Below, in pieces: positions 38,780-50,576 of a DNA stretch of 64,000 nt (the stretch's first letter is position 1; the number at the start of each line of letters is the position of its first letter). The position numbers were made by a program, and so were the translations under genes. Under the pieces are notes generated by a model, which was not told the origin of the DNA, searched no databases, and saw only the letters and a list, made by a program, of their open reading frames with translations. The stretch comes from Pelagomonas calceolata (Eukaryota): positions 4,092,001 to 4,156,000 of the forward strand of contig CAKKNE010000001.1 in the NCBI GenBank assembly GCA_918797485.1, read 5' to 3'.

Positions 38780-39184
38780 CTACTTACCGTTCTTCTTCCA
38801 GGAGTCGTCGCACGGGTCGTAGGCCTTCTCCACGGGCGGCGGCTCGTTGGGCACGCAGTTGAGCCAACTCAACAGAGGACCCAGATCGAAGCCGCAGATC
38901 GGCGCGTCCTGGGGCCCGACGTCGTCCTCGACGATCACGGGTTGCTTGCCGGCCCACGCGGCCGCGCGCTCGTCATCTAATCGATTGACTCTTAACTCGA
39001 GCCGTTTCCGTCTTTCAACCTCAAACTCCTCGAAGTCGTTTTCAATGTTACGCGTCGCGATGTCGTTGCCGTCGTATTTCCGCGCCTTCGCCTCGTGACG
39101 TCTCCTACTGAGTCGGCGCGTCGTGTTGACCTGGGACTGCGTGGTGGGTGAGGACTGCGCCGCGGCGTCGACCTGGGAGGCCAT
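38780..39184 (-). CDS. Hypothetical protein (134 aa)
   Basis: ATG in an A-rich context; fits between RSPH9 and NMT; no recognised domain. Confidence 0.5.
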   Translation of the reverse strand: MASQVDAAAQSSPTTQSQVNTTRRLSRRRHEAKARKYDGNDIATRNIENDFEEFEVERRKRLELRVNRLDDERAAAWAGKQPVIVEDDVGPQDAPICGFDLGPLLSWLNCVPNEPPPVEKAYDPCDDSWKKNGK

Positions 39185-39636
39185 TTTTTGTTGCTGTGTC
39201 GCGCGACGGCGTGGCGTGGCGTCGTGGAGAGAGGCTGTGCCACTGGCTGCGTAAACTCGGTATCCGGGAAACTTTTGCCGCGGGCTGTGGACAGGACTTC
39301 TTGGCGTGCTGAAAATACGTCGTCGGGCTGCCCCTGGGCCTTCACCTCACTCTACAAATCGATCTGTGATGGCCGCATCCATATTAGCTAGCGTTACAAG
39401 GCCGCTAGCAATCCTTTAGGAGGCCGATCAGCCTGACCCTCGTCGATTAGTGCTAACCTGCACGCCAGCATCGCCTGGTTCGCCAAGCGACCACTCGCTG
39501 CCAGTCCAAGCCTCCCTGGGCTGTCCCGTGCCGTGCAGTCGCCGCCACAATCCACGTGTCCAGCTCGCCTGCGGCAGCCATCGCGTCAAGCTAGCGCGAG
39601 CGACAAGCCAGCGCAACACGTCAAGAAGAAGCCATC

Positions 39637-41025
39637 ATGGCAGAATTAGTGGACCGCGACGACGGCGCCGACACGCCCCACGAGAACGAGGGCCGCGCGC
39701 CGCCGCCGCCCGTGCCTAGAAACAAGAAGAAGGGCAAGGGCAAGAAGAAGGCCGCGCCAACCTTGACCTCGGAAGCTCAGCGAAGAGAAGAACTCCAACA
39801 ACTCGTCGCGAGGATGCGCAGATCTAGGGTCCAAGACGACGGCGGCGACAAACGCAAGCCGCACAAATTTTGGGACACGCAACCCGTCCCCAAACTCGAC
39901 GAGGCCATCGAGGACGCCCAGATCAATGATGTGATTGAGCCCAATAAAGACCACGCCGCGATCCGCCAGGAGCCGTACGCGATGCCTGAAGGGTTTGCTT
40001 GGAGTGACCTCGATGTGACCGATGAAAGCGTGCTGAAGGAGATCTATACGTTGCTGAATGAGAATTATGTGGAGGACGACGACGCGATGTTTCGCTTTGA
40101 TTATTCGATGAGATTTTTGACGTGGGCTCTCACACCCCCAGGGTATCGGGCGGAGTTCCACTTGGGCGTTCGGGCAGCTCGAGGCAAGAAGGGGCTGATG
40201 GCGTTTATTACGGGCGTGCCGGCGTGGTGCGTCGTCAGAGGGAAGAGAGTGAAATGCGTGGAGATCAACTACCTATGTGTGCACAAGAGGTTAAGGACGA
40301 AACGGTTAGCTCCTGTGTTGATCAAAGAAATAACAAGAAGAGTCAATCTAGCCGGCATTTTTCAAGCGGTCTATACGGCTGGAGTAGTACTCCCAAAACC
40401 CGTGGCCTCGTGCCGCTACTTCCACCGCTCGCTGGATCCGAAGAAGCTCATTGAGATCGGCTTTTCAAGGTTGGCACCGCGGATGACCATGGCGAGAACA
40501 ATTAAGTTATACAAATTACCTGAAACGCCTACGATCCCAGGGTTCCGGGCTATGCAGCCCGGCGACGTCAAGGAATGCACTACCTTACTCACTTCCTATC
40601 TGGAGAAGTTCAAGCTCCACCCGCACCTCGACGAGTCAGAAGTGGCCCACTGGATCCTACCGCGCGAAGGCGTCGTGGATGCGTTCGTCGTCGAGGACCC
40701 GGAGACCGGTGCCATTACCGACTTATGTAGCTTCTACCACTTGCCTTCGACCGTCATTGGTCATGAGAAGCACAACACGCTGAACGCGGCGTACAGCTTC
40801 TACAACGTCGCGACGTCCGTGCCGTTGCAGGAGCTCATGCGCGACGCTTTGATTTGTGCTAGGAACGTCCAGATGGACGTCTTCAACGCGCTGAACGTCA
40901 TGGAGAACGACCAGTTCCTCAAAGACCTGAAGTTCGGGATTGGCGACGGGCACCTCCAGTACTACCTCTACAACTGGAAGTGCGCCGAGATGCGCGCCGA
41001 GGACGTGGGGTTGGTGCTGCTCTAG
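39637..41025 (+). CDS. NMT1: Glycylpeptide N-myristoyltransferase
   Basis: [68 protein letters not shown]. Confidence 0.97.
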   Translation: MAELVDRDDGADTPHENEGRAPPPPVPRNKKKGKGKKKAAPTLTSEAQRREELQQLVARMRRSRVQDDGGDKRKPHKFWDTQPVPKLDEAIEDAQINDVIEPNKDHAAIRQEPYAMPEGFAWSDLDVTDESVLKEIYTLLNENYVEDDDAMFRFDYSMRFLTWALTPPGYRAEFHLGVRAARGKKGLMAFITGVPAWCVVRGKRVKCVEINYLCVHKRLRTKRLAPVLIKEITRRVNLAGIFQAVYTAGVVLPKPVASCRYFHRSLDPKKLIEIGFSRLAPRMTMARTIKLYKLPETPTIPGFRAMQPGDVKECTTLLTSYLEKFKLHPHLDESEVAHWILPREGVVDAFVVEDPETGAITDLCSFYHLPSTVIGHEKHNTLNAAYSFYNVATSVPLQELMRDALICARNVQMDVFNALNVMENDQFLKDLKFGIGDGHLQYYLYNWKCAEMRAEDVGLVLL

Positions 41026-41418
41026 GGCGTTGGTGGCGAGGCGCGGCGGCGGGCGTCGGGGCGGGTGCGAGTCCGTCGCCGCCGCCAGCGGGATGTCGCC
41101 GGCATAAAATATCTAGCTAGAATATCGTCAAAACGTGTGGTGGGGAGGGGCGTGTAGCTGATATTATTCTCGATTATGAGGGAGGAGGGCACAGCGGCTG
41201 GCCTCGGGGCGCGAGCGCTCGTAAATTTAAAAAGGTAAATCAAATCGGGTTTTTCAGGCCGAGTCTCGAGCGCAAACGCGGGTTGCAGCGCTTGTTCCGC
41301 GCTCTGCAGCTCAGCTGGCACTCGCTGTGCACACATATTCGCACGACAAAAGTAATTACAGAAATTGGCGCGCGCCCCGCAAGTCTAGAGCCTGCAGCAG
41401 AATAAAACAAAAAAGAGC

Positions 41419-44400
41419 ATGCCGCAGGACGCGCAGGACGCCGCGCTGCGCCACCTCTTAATCAGGGCCGCCTCAAACAAAGCAAGCGGTCCGGAGCGCC
41501 TGGAAGCACTGAAAGCCGCCGCGGCGTACCTCGCGCGAGAAGAACGTATCAAATTTGACGTCGACGGCGCCCAATGCACGTACGACGCGCCGCGGAGATA
41601 TCTGGAAGTGCCGGAGGACGGCCACGTGGCCCTCACGGATGGGAGGGGCGGCGCCGCGCGCTGGCCCTTTGCGGATGAATTATACGTTGGACTGTGGTGC
41701 CGGCCCGCTCGTATAAGACAAGCGATTTTATTAAGATTGGAAGGCGTCTATGGCGGTGGTCTAACGATCGCCATCATGAACGACGGGTGCCTACGGGCGG
41801 ACATTTCCGAAGGCGGCGAGAAGAGGAACGTGTTGACGCTCAAAGGGGGGATGTTAACTCCAGACACGTGGAGCCACGTCGCGTTCCGCATCGCCGACGA
41901 CGCCAAAGAAATGAAACGACGCAATCCCGTCGAGGTTCCGAAAAGAAGGCCATCCCTGCTGGAACGAAGGCCGTCGCAGAAGTCGGGGCGCTTGGGTGTC
42001 TTGGCCGGCGGCGCTTCCCTCGAAGTGAATGGTGTTGTGGAAGACCGGGACAACGTCGCGCGGGCGCCTTCATTAAGTTCTCCGGAACTAAGGCACGCGG
42101 ACGTTGCCGGAGACGGCTACGAGGGTTCGATAGCTGGTTTGGTGATGCTCCAGCGCGCGCCGGGGCGGTCTTCGTCATGTGCTCTCGCGTGGCGCTTCAC
42201 GGGAGATAATTCGTACGACGGCGCGTCGACGCTGGCGCAGGACGCGGCTTCGGGCGTCGCGCGACGGACCGCGCAACACCTGAGTCCCGAGCCGCACACA
42301 AAAAAAGGCTTCCTGTCGCCCATGAAGCGGCCGTCGCTCGACGACGACGCCCTCGAAGCCTCGATTTTCGACGCCGAAGGGTCTTCTGGAGACGCGCGCG
42401 CGTCGCTCTGCAGCCTCGGCGGTGCCATCGAAAATTGTTCGTCGGAGGCGGCGTACGCCGTCCGGACAAAATCTCGTAAAATAGCGAACGCGGCGGCCGC
42501 GGCGGCGCTTAGAAGGGGCAACGACCCCGTCGGCGCCCTAGTCTGCTGTCTCGACGGCGACCGCGGCTCGACGGCCTCGCTCAAATGTGCACCGCGGAAG
42601 TGCGCGGTTCATGCGTCGTCGAGGCCGCGCGACGCGCTGCGTTCCTTGGGAGGCGCCTCTTCACTGATACCCGCGCTCGCGCAATTAGCTGATACTGCCG
42701 TGATAACCGAGGAGCAGGACTCCACTGAGTCACTGAGGACGCGTTTGTTACTAGTGGACGGTATCATCAGATGTGGTACTGGAGACGACTTTTTGAGATG
42801 TGGTGGTGTTGAAATACTAGAGCGGTGCTTAGACGCGCGCGCGTCGAGGGACGAAGACGTCGGGGAGTGCTTGGTGAAGGTGCTGGACGGCCTCCTCGCT
42901 TCTACGGAGGGGAGTTCCAGTAAAGGCGACGCGTTGCTGGATCGGTTCGTGGACCGAATCGCGTGCCAGGCGCAGCTCTGGAGTCCTGAAACGACCTCTT
43001 CTGTTGTACGGTGGTGCCGTTCCTCAGTGAGAGCTTTGCAATCCGTGAGGGACGGCGTCGGCCTCGACGCCTACGCGCAGCGTTTGGCTCACGCGCTCTC
43101 ATCAAGACACGCCGCTTCTTCATATACATATCGGAGCCCGCACCTCTCTTTATCGGTACCGCCGTCCACCGAATATGAAGCTATAGACGCCAGGGACGCT
43201 TCCGTGTTGGAAGCGGTCACCGCCTTAGCCGCCCTCCCAATGAACGCGCGCGCTTCGATCGACGGCGAATTACATTTAGATACAACAGAAACGGGCCGCG
43301 CCGTCCTCCAGGCTTCATTAGCGATGACCGATGACCAATGCGCGACGGCAGCACTGAAAGGCTTGCAGGCCTTCGAGCCCGAAGCTTTACGATCATTATG
43401 CGAGCGCGGCACCGTGGCCCAACTTGTGGAGAGGGGCTTCTCCTCGCAAAACGACCCGCTGGCCGTCGAGTGTCTTTTGTTAAGTGTGCTGTTCGTGGGG
43501 CCCGACGGTACGGCTTCCAGTGTAGAGGCCTTCTGGCGCCGCCACGAGACGAACGTAGGGCCGCTTGCTTTAAGAGCTCTACTCAAGCTCTCCGGGAGTG
43601 CTGTTCTACGAGCTTGTAGTGTAGCCTACGCTCGGTTAGGTGCTTGTGAGAGATTAGACGTCCTGAGCTACTGCGCTTCGCTCGAGAAAACGGACGCGGA
43701 CGCCGCGGACGCCGCCTGTAGTGCAATTTTGATAGGCGACGACGCCGAGCCCGACCCGACGCCGTCGGCGGACTGCACCCTTTTATCATTATGCGCGAAG
43801 CGGCCGCCGTCGCAGCGCGACCGGGCCTGTTCAGTATTGTGTCGGTACGGCACCGCCGAAGCGATTAAAAGTGTCGCGGCCTACTCGTTGCACAGGAACG
43901 ATCCCCGTTTAGTATCGCGCATCATACATACAGCCCACGAGCACGGCTTGCATAGCTTTATTGGAGCGGCGCCGTACGTAGCGAGCGTCGCGCAGCGCGG
44001 ATTAGTGGATGTATCAATAAATGATTCGCCAAAAACCGCCACGCAGCTGCGAAGGTCGCTCGACGACCTCGCTGCGAAACTGGAGACGCGGCCGAAGCGC
44101 TACGAGCGGAGCGGTGGGTCAGAACCGTTGCCGCCCGTCGGTCTGAAGGCCCATCCCGCACTCGCGGTATATACGTCTTTACAAGTGGCCGAGTGTTTGG
44201 ATGTCTTGTTGGAAGGTTCTGGTGATGTCCTGACTGATAATGTAGAGGACGCCGCGTCCCGAGCTTTAGAAAGGGTCGCGGCCCTGGATGCGGCATTAGC
44301 TTTAGATGGGTGTTTGCTCTCGCGCCTCGCGACGAAAGATCTGGTGAGAGTGGCGGACCGCTGCAAGCGCAATCTAGAACGACACAGGCAGGCCTGTTCG

Positions 44401-47400
44401 GACGCGGACGTGAAGGTCGCCGAGCGAGTCGCGCAGAGAAGGGGCGGCGCCTTCCCGCCGTCCGACGACGCGGGCCGCGCTTCTTTATTAGTATTGAGGG
44501 ACGCGCACCATGCCCTGCGCCTGCTGAAGGAGGAATCCAAGGATGAGCAAAGGGACAAAGCCCTGGTGCAGATCCACTCACTACTAGTGAAGGCGTGTAC
44601 CCAACTTACGGGAAGGAAGCGGCCCGTTTTACCTAGGCATGCCCAATCAGCAGTGCAAGCGATGACGACGGGCAATAGGGTGCGGGCGTCGTCCTTCGGT
44701 GATGATTGGGACCAGGTCGTCTCCTCGGAAGTCGACGACCTGGAGCGGGCGGCCTGGTTGGCCGCGCCGCTCGAGGTTTATGTGGCCGGCCCCGAGAACG
44801 AGGGGCGGACCGCTGCATTTAGTTCAGCTGCGGACCGGCGCTACAACGATTCCCTCAAAGTGCTGGCGGAGCTCGGGACGCCTTCTCGATCAGAAGATGT
44901 TGTTCATAGTCCACAGAGACGCGCGTCTGATGCTGGAAGACAGTTAAGAAGGCGAGACCGGAAGCGCGCGAGACGGTCCTCGGTCATTGTGGAACGAGCC
45001 TGGCGGGCGTGCATGCAGCAGCATCGCGAGAGTGGCATCTGGTGCCTCGCGGAGGAGAATAGTTCACCACTAATGAAAGGCTCGCGGTGGATCCTAGCGA
45101 GGCACGCGGATTCGTATGGGAGACGCTGCTTCTTTGTGAGGGACCGGGACCCCGTCGACGTCAGCAAGTGGGCGCACCAAGGTGGTAGTACTACGGTCGA
45201 ACCGCCCGCGCCACCCCTCATCAAAGGGCGAAGTCGAGTCGCGCGGGAGGAAAGTTCGAGTTCCTCGGATGAAGATGCTGTTTTAATTGAACGGGGCGTG
45301 CCCACGCAACAGCCTTCGACGAGGCAGTGGCGGTTTGTGGAGGACGGTGGCGTCGTCTCGGTCGACGACGAACTTTTTAGGGACGAGCACTGCCTCTGGG
45401 TTCGCGAGGGCGCGTCAATCAAAGGTACTCTGACCGTCGACGGCCGCTGTATCAAGTTTACATCCACAAATGATGTGAAGATCTGGCGCTTATGTACCTT
45501 AGAACGAGTGGCACCGCGACGATACTTGCTGAGAAGAGTAGCCTTTGAGTTCTTTCGATGTGATTCTACCTCGGTATTCTTGGCCTTACCGCGAGGAAAA
45601 GCTCATAGACAATTAGCAAAGCTCTTGAAAGCTTTGCTAAAAAGAAGGAAGCTACCCTTGTTGAATCGAGGCTATGCGAACGGCCACGCGGGTCGACGAA
45701 TCGAGGGAGATGATAATGGTGGGTTAGGCCACCGGGACCCGGAAAAAGCATTAAGGCTATCGCGCTTGACGGATCTGTGGCGTAGAAGACTATTAACGAA
45801 CTTCGCTTATCTAAGTGCGTTGAATGAGCTAGGTGGGAGAACGAGACAAGACCTGGCTCAGTGGCCGGTCTTCCCCTGGGTCTTAGCTTTCGATTCCGAT
45901 GCCATTGACCTCGGCACTGGCCGTGATTTAGCCAAGCCCATAGGCGCCCAGACGGAAGAAAGACGCAGTCAATTCTTAGAGCGCTACGAGACCTTCGAGG
46001 ATCCTTCCGGGTATGTGCCGAAGTTCATGTACGGTTCGCATTATTCCTCGGCTGGTGTTGTCTTGCATTACTTGGTCCGAGCATTACCTTATAGTCAGTT
46101 AGCTGTGGATCTCCAAGGCGGTCGCTTCGACGTGCCGGATCGATTGTTTCTTGGTATCGAGGCGGCCTGGCGTAGTACGACAAATAGTATGACCGACGTC
46201 AAGGAGGTTATACCGGAGCTATACTACGCGCCAGAGGTACTCTGTAACATGAACTCCCTGCCCCTCGGTACAAGTCAGAATGGTGTTCGAGTGGATGATG
46301 TCCTACTCCCAGCTTGGTGTTTGAATGACCCTCTCCAGTTCATCAGGGTACACAGAGCGGCTCTGGAATCGGACCGAGTCTCGGACACGCTACACTTGTG
46401 GATCGACCTGATTTTTGGCGACGCGCAGCAGGGCCCGAAAGCTGTTGAAAGGGCCAACGTTTTCTACCATCTGACCTACGAGGGTGCGGTCAATGTAGAG
46501 GATATAGAAGATGACGAGGAGCGCGAAGCGACGGACGCGCAAATAGCACATTTCGGCCAGACCCCACCGAGGTTGTTCGGGAGTCCGCACCCGCGTCGGA
46601 AGCCTGCGTCCGAATGTGCTTCACCCTTATTCCTGGACGTGCCGTTGCATGGCGAGTGCCCCGCCGTGTCGTGCCGCGCGTACGTGCTCGACGACGTGCA
46701 AAACGCGCAAAAGCTCTTCGGCCCCGACGCGCCGCTCGGCGAGAAGGCTACGCAAAAGAACACGTTCGTGAAGGACGTCGCGCGCTTCACGAAACAATTA
46801 TTTACTCAAAAAAAGAAGGTCTCTCGTGATATATCTCCGGCGTTGTGCGTGGCTCTTTGTAGTGGAGGTACCGAAGAACAGCAGTCGGTCGTCTGCGCCT
46901 TCCACGCCGATCGCGGTGTATCAGTCTGGAGGTGGTCCGAGGTGCCCGATGGAAGAGGGGCTCCGTTCTCGGCGCGGCCCCATGGTTCTGGGCGGTTGGA
47001 CGTCTGTGCACGGGGTGACGGCGACGGGAATACGGTAACAGCATTGGCTGATCGACGCGTGCTTACTGTCGGACATAGTGATGGTCGACTTAGATTACAT
47101 GACGGACGAGGGAGAATCAGAGCGTCGATCCGAGGCCCGCACGCCGGTGGCTCGGCGGTCGCGTGTTGTGGCCATGGTCATATCGCCGTATCCGGAGGTA
47201 GTGATGGCGTGGTAGCGGTCTGGGTTTGTGACGACGCGGCGCTCGTCGATGGATTGGTACATGGCGACGGTGTCGACGATGAAGGTTTTGAGGGCGATCC
47301 TGTATTAGCTCCTAGTCGTAGCGTCATACGCGAGGACGATAGCGATGATGTGCTGGTGTGCTCCCACTTGTTACTGGGCCATGCCTCGGCCATCACGGCG

Positions 47401-47934
47401 TTGGCGTACTCGCCCGTGCTGGACTGCTGCGTCAGCGCGGATGTGGACGGTTATCTCCTCGTACACGCGTGTAGATCTGGAAGATGTCTGCGGTCCTTAC
47501 GAGTCGTCGATCGGCGCGAGTCGCCGGCCGTCACGAAGCTCGCTATTTTGGATGTCGACGCTTCCGTCGTCGTCGCGGCGTCCACGACGCTAGCCTTGTG
47601 GTCGCTGAACGGCGGGCGTCGTTGTGTAGTGACGACGCCGTCTCCAATCACAAGTTTGGCAACAACGCGCGCGGGCTCGGCCGTCGTCTGTGGCTCGTTG
47701 GACGGCCAGCTCACGGTGCGGCGCGCCGTCGACCTCGCGGCGGTGCACACCATCGACTTATCGACGCACGGCGCGCCCCTATCACTAGCCTTCGGCCCCG
47801 ACGACCGGCACCTCTTCGCGGCGACGGCCGGCGGCCGCGTCGTCGTCTGCTCGGACCCGCGGTCTAGATTGCTGCAGCTGGACGCGGCCCTGTCGAACGC
47901 GGTGGGGCTGGATACGGGACTGTTCGCGTTTTGA
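41419..47934 (+). CDS. BEACH domain protein (ConA-like, PH, BEACH, WD40)
   Basis: TNFAYLSALNELGGRTRQDLAQWPVFPWVL, YGSHYSS, GGRFDVPDRLF, DVKEVIPELY, LHLWIDLIFG, FGQTPPRLF, then WD40 repeats. Confidence 0.93.
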   Translation: MPQDAQDAALRHLLIRAASNKASGPERLEALKAAAAYLAREERIKFDVDGAQCTYDAPRRYLEVPEDGHVALTDGRGGAARWPFADELYVGLWCRPARIRQAILLRLEGVYGGGLTIAIMNDGCLRADISEGGEKRNVLTLKGGMLTPDTWSHVAFRIADDAKEMKRRNPVEVPKRRPSLLERRPSQKSGRLGVLAGGASLEVNGVVEDRDNVARAPSLSSPELRHADVAGDGYEGSIAGLVMLQRAPGRSSSCALAWRFTGDNSYDGASTLAQDAASGVARRTAQHLSPEPHTKKGFLSPMKRPSLDDDALEASIFDAEGSSGDARASLCSLGGAIENCSSEAAYAVRTKSRKIANAAAAAALRRGNDPVGALVCCLDGDRGSTASLKCAPRKCAVHASSRPRDALRSLGGASSLIPALAQLADTAVITEEQDSTESLRTRLLLVDGIIRCGTGDDFLRCGGVEILERCLDARASRDEDVGECLVKVLDGLLASTEGSSSKGDALLDRFVDRIACQAQLWSPETTSSVVRWCRSSVRALQSVRDGVGLDAYAQRLAHALSSRHAASSYTYRSPHLSLSVPPSTEYEAIDARDASVLEAVTALAALPMNARASIDGELHLDTTETGRAVLQASLAMTDDQCATAALKGLQAFEPEALRSLCERGTVAQLVERGFSSQNDPLAVECLLLSVLFVGPDGTASSVEAFWRRHETNVGPLALRALLKLSGSAVLRACSVAYARLGACERLDVLSYCASLEKTDADAADAACSAILIGDDAEPDPTPSADCTLLSLCAKRPPSQRDRACSVLCRYGTAEAIKSVAAYSLHRNDPRLVSRIIHTAHEHGLHSFIGAAPYVASVAQRGLVDVSINDSPKTATQLRRSLDDLAAKLETRPKRYERSGGSEPLPPVGLKAHPALAVYTSLQVAECLDVLLEGSGDVLTDNVEDAASRALERVAALDAALALDGCLLSRLATKDLVRVADRCKRNLERHRQACSDADVKVAERVAQRRGGAFPPSDDAGRASLLVLRDAHHALRLLKEESKDEQRDKALVQIHSLLVKACTQLTGRKRPVLPRHAQSAVQAMTTGNRVRASSFGDDWDQVVSSEVDDLERAAWLAAPLEVYVAGPENEGRTAAFSSAADRRYNDSLKVLAELGTPSRSEDVVHSPQRRASDAGRQLRRRDRKRARRSSVIVERAWRACMQQHRESGIWCLAEENSSPLMKGSRWILARHADSYGRRCFFVRDRDPVDVSKWAHQGGSTTVEPPAPPLIKGRSRVAREESSSSSDEDAVLIERGVPTQQPSTRQWRFVEDGGVVSVDDELFRDEHCLWVREGASIKGTLTVDGRCIKFTSTNDVKIWRLCTLERVAPRRYLLRRVAFEFFRCDSTSVFLALPRGKAHRQLAKLLKALLKRRKLPLLNRGYANGHAGRRIEGDDNGGLGHRDPEKALRLSRLTDLWRRRLLTNFAYLSALNELGGRTRQDLAQWPVFPWVLAFDSDAIDLGTGRDLAKPIGAQTEERRSQFLERYETFEDPSGYVPKFMYGSHYSSAGVVLHYLVRALPYSQLAVDLQGGRFDVPDRLFLGIEAAWRSTTNSMTDVKEVIPELYYAPEVLCNMNSLPLGTSQNGVRVDDVLLPAWCLNDPLQFIRVHRAALESDRVSDTLHLWIDLIFGDAQQGPKAVERANVFYHLTYEGAVNVEDIEDDEEREATDAQIAHFGQTPPRLFGSPHPRRKPASECASPLFLDVPLHGECPAVSCRAYVLDDVQNAQKLFGPDAPLGEKATQKNTFVKDVARFTKQLFTQKKKVSRDISPALCVALCSGGTEEQQSVVCAFHADRGVSVWRWSEVPDGRGAPFSARPHGSGRLDVCARGDGDGNTVTALADRRVLTVGHSDGRLRLHDGRGRIRASIRGPHAGGSAVACCGHGHIAVSGGSDGVVAVWVCDDAALVDGLVHGDGVDDEGFEGDPVLAPSRSVIREDDSDDVLVCSHLLLGHASAITALAYSPVLDCCVSADVDGYLLVHACRSGRCLRSLRVVDRRESPAVTKLAILDVDASVVVAASTTLALWSLNGGRRCVVTTPSPITSLATTRAGSAVVCGSLDGQLTVRRAVDLAAVHTIDLSTHGAPLSLAFGPDDRHLFAATAGGRVVVCSDPRSRLLQLDAALSNAVGLDTGLFAF

Positions 47935-47996
47935 TGTTTGTGTAAGTTCTTATGTTCAGACTTATCGTCTACTAGTAGGAGGGGCTGGGAAGGGGT

Positions 47997-50576
47997 TCAG
48001 GAGCGCGGCGCCATGCAGATAAAGCACCTCACGTGGCTCGGGTCCGGGTTCTCGAACGTGCACGCGGAACAGGTCCAGGCCCCGCCCGCCGGCGGCGGAG
48101 GCACTGGCGCGCTGTTGGTCCGGTCCTTGGCCTTTTGCAGCGCCGTCAACAACTTGTGCCGCGGGCCCATTTTGATCCCAATTTCTTTGAGATCCTCGTC
48201 GTCGAGATCTAGAAATGTCGTCTCGTCGATGGCTTCATCTCGAAGCCGACTCTCGAGGTCGCTCAGGCCGATGCTTGCGAGGAGCGTCGTCATCGCGTCC
48301 TCACCGAGGCTCAAATCCAACGAGCTTGATACCAAGGAGGTGATACTGCCGGCGCGCGACCGGCCTGGCGACGAGCCGGACCCTGCTGGCGCGGAGAGGC
48401 CGAGCTTCTGGCGGAGGTACGCCTTCTTGGCCGTCCACGTACGCTGCTCTCCCCACTCGAAGTACGAGATGTGGATAACGCGCCAGTCGAGGGCCTCGAG
48501 GAGCCGGTGCTTGAACGCGGTGGTTCCGTTGATTCGCGGCGCGCCACCGTCACCCGTCAAATAGTGCGACGGGCCGTCGTACTCAATCGCGATCCGCTGG
48601 CGCGGTTTTGCGAGGTCGAGGCTCAACCCTTCCACCGTGACCCACTCGTACTTGTGTTTCCAGTCGAGCTCGTCGAGCGCGCGCGAGACGTCCTTCTGCG
48701 ACCGCGAGGGCCGGGCGTCGTGGCGCACGTACGCCGCCCGGAGGACGTCGCGCCGCTGGGCGAGGACCGGCAGCAACCGCGAGGACGAGTCCTCGAGCTG
48801 CAGGTAGAGGAGGACCTGATACAGTTGCGACTGCTCCCGCGGCCCGAGCTGGTCGAGGGAACCGCTGGAGTCGTCCAGGGCGCGGACGAGCCGTGCCGCC
48901 GAGTCGGCGTCGAGGACCGCGTTCTTCGTCAGACCCAGGCCCGCTAGCACGTCCGCGAGGGCGTCCTCGCTCGGCTCGGCGTTCGGCCACTGCAGCGCGT
49001 CGGCGATCGCGCCGGACATCGTCGGCCCGAAGGCCCCCGCCACGCAGAACGACCACGCCATGATGGTTAAATGGCGCGGCGCGAAGTCGTGCAGGCGAGA
49101 CGACTGAGTGAGGTAGCCAGCCATCGCGTCGAACAGAGCCGGCGCCTCGTGGCCCGTCGTGGCGTAGGCGTACAGCAAATTTGAGATCTCCTGCGCCTTG
49201 AACTCGTCCAGGTCGTCCAGGCGCCGCAGCACGCACGACGAGATGGCGTCCAGGAGCTCCGGTCCAGCGCCGAGCTGCGCCACGCCCCAGGCGACCGTGG
49301 CGAGCCCTCGCATGGACATGCCGTCCGCGTCGACGCACGACGTGACGGCGGCGAGGAGCCGCGCGCACCTCGGATCTTGCGCGCAGGGCACGCGGCGCTT
49401 CGCCAATTGGTGGACGGCGGTCGACAGGTTCACGGGTGAGAACTCGTCGCCGCGCGTCGCGAAGAGCTGGAGGATCTTGGTCTTCGGGTCCAGCAGCTCC
49501 TTGTTCAGGTCGCGGTCCAGCGCCGTCACCGTCCGAGGCGACGACGCGGACGTCGACGAGGACGTCAGCGAGGCGTCCGACGACGTGCGGGACCGTGAGG
49601 ACGTCGGCGCGGCAGCTAGAGCGTCGGAAGCGGCGCCGGTCGGCGACGCGTCCAATGCCCTCCACTTGCGACGACGTTTTTTCTTCTTCTTCCTCGGCGG
49701 CGTCGGCTCGGGCTTTAGCTCGAGCGTCGGCTCCCGAATCAGATGTGTTGGTGGGGGGTCTGTGCCCCCCAAATGCCCGGAGGCCTTTGGTGCCGGCTCG
49801 AAGCTCGAGCCGGCACCGGTTGCATGCAAAGAGGCATCCTGAGGATGCCCCGGACGACGACGACTCCGGGGGTCGGGGTCGGGGTCGAGGGGGACATCGC
49901 CCACCTCGACGCCGATCCCCTCCCTCCCGGCGTCGCCGCCGCCCGGGCCGTCGTCGTCATAACTAAGACGACGACGGCTCCGGCACCCCTGACCGGTGTC
50001 AGGGGCGAGGACGAGGTCCTCGACGCCGACGCCCTGCCTCAGGGCGTCGGCGCCGCCCGGCTCGAACGGCCCCGGCGAGCTGTAGCTCGCCAGGGGCCGA
50101 TCGCAGCCTGTCGCCGCCACGATGCGGTGGGGCGGCCACGGCGGCGCTGGCAACTCGAGCGCCTCGGCGCCGCGGTGCAGCAGCAGCGGCGCCGGCGACG
50201 TGACGTCGCGCGGCGACGAGGGCGCCCGCTTCGGCGTCGACGGCGGCGTGAGCTGCGCCGCCTCGGCCTGCGCCTCGACGGCGAGCGCGGCCGAGGCCGT
50301 TGCCTCGGCAGTGGACGAGTCCCAGATCGTATAATGACCTAAAAACTTGCCCAAGTGCTCGAACTTGAGGTTGGCCGTGGTGCCGTCTTCCAGCACCACG
50401 TGCGCGAAGCCGAACTTCACATTTTGGACGGTCCCGTTGACCTTGTCGACGCGGACGGACCGGCCTTTGTACTCGGACGTGAGCGCGTCGTCGCGCTGCT
50501 CCTCGGGGCTCGGTTCGCCCAGCGAGGCGCACCAGACCTTGGCGGCCTCTTGTTTGCGCTGCTCGTCCGAGCTCAT
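47997..50576 (-). CDS. RAP-domain protein with helical repeats, SAM domain and RanBP2-type zinc finger
   Basis: FKAQEISNLLYAYA-type repeats; RAP motif IAIEYDGPSHY...KHRLLEALDWRVIHISYFEW; SAM LDDEDLKEIGIKMGPRHKLL; WTCSACTFEN...CFIC. Confidence 0.85.
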   Translation of the reverse strand: MSSDEQRKQEAAKVWCASLGEPSPEEQRDDALTSEYKGRSVRVDKVNGTVQNVKFGFAHVVLEDGTTANLKFEHLGKFLGHYTIWDSSTAEATASAALAVEAQAEAAQLTPPSTPKRAPSSPRDVTSPAPLLLHRGAEALELPAPPWPPHRIVAATGCDRPLASYSSPGPFEPGGADALRQGVGVEDLVLAPDTGQGCRSRRRLSYDDDGPGGGDAGREGIGVEVGDVPLDPDPDPRSRRRPGHPQDASLHATGAGSSFEPAPKASGHLGGTDPPPTHLIREPTLELKPEPTPPRKKKKKRRRKWRALDASPTGAASDALAAAPTSSRSRTSSDASLTSSSTSASSPRTVTALDRDLNKELLDPKTKILQLFATRGDEFSPVNLSTAVHQLAKRRVPCAQDPRCARLLAAVTSCVDADGMSMRGLATVAWGVAQLGAGPELLDAISSCVLRRLDDLDEFKAQEISNLLYAYATTGHEAPALFDAMAGYLTQSSRLHDFAPRHLTIMAWSFCVAGAFGPTMSGAIADALQWPNAEPSEDALADVLAGLGLTKNAVLDADSAARLVRALDDSSGSLDQLGPREQSQLYQVLLYLQLEDSSSRLLPVLAQRRDVLRAAYVRHDARPSRSQKDVSRALDELDWKHKYEWVTVEGLSLDLAKPRQRIAIEYDGPSHYLTGDGGAPRINGTTAFKHRLLEALDWRVIHISYFEWGEQRTWTAKKAYLRQKLGLSAPAGSGSSPGRSRAGSITSLVSSSLDLSLGEDAMTTLLASIGLSDLESRLRDEAIDETTFLDLDDEDLKEIGIKMGPRHKLLTALQKAKDRTNSAPVPPPPAGGAWTCSACTFENPDPSHVRCFICMAPRS

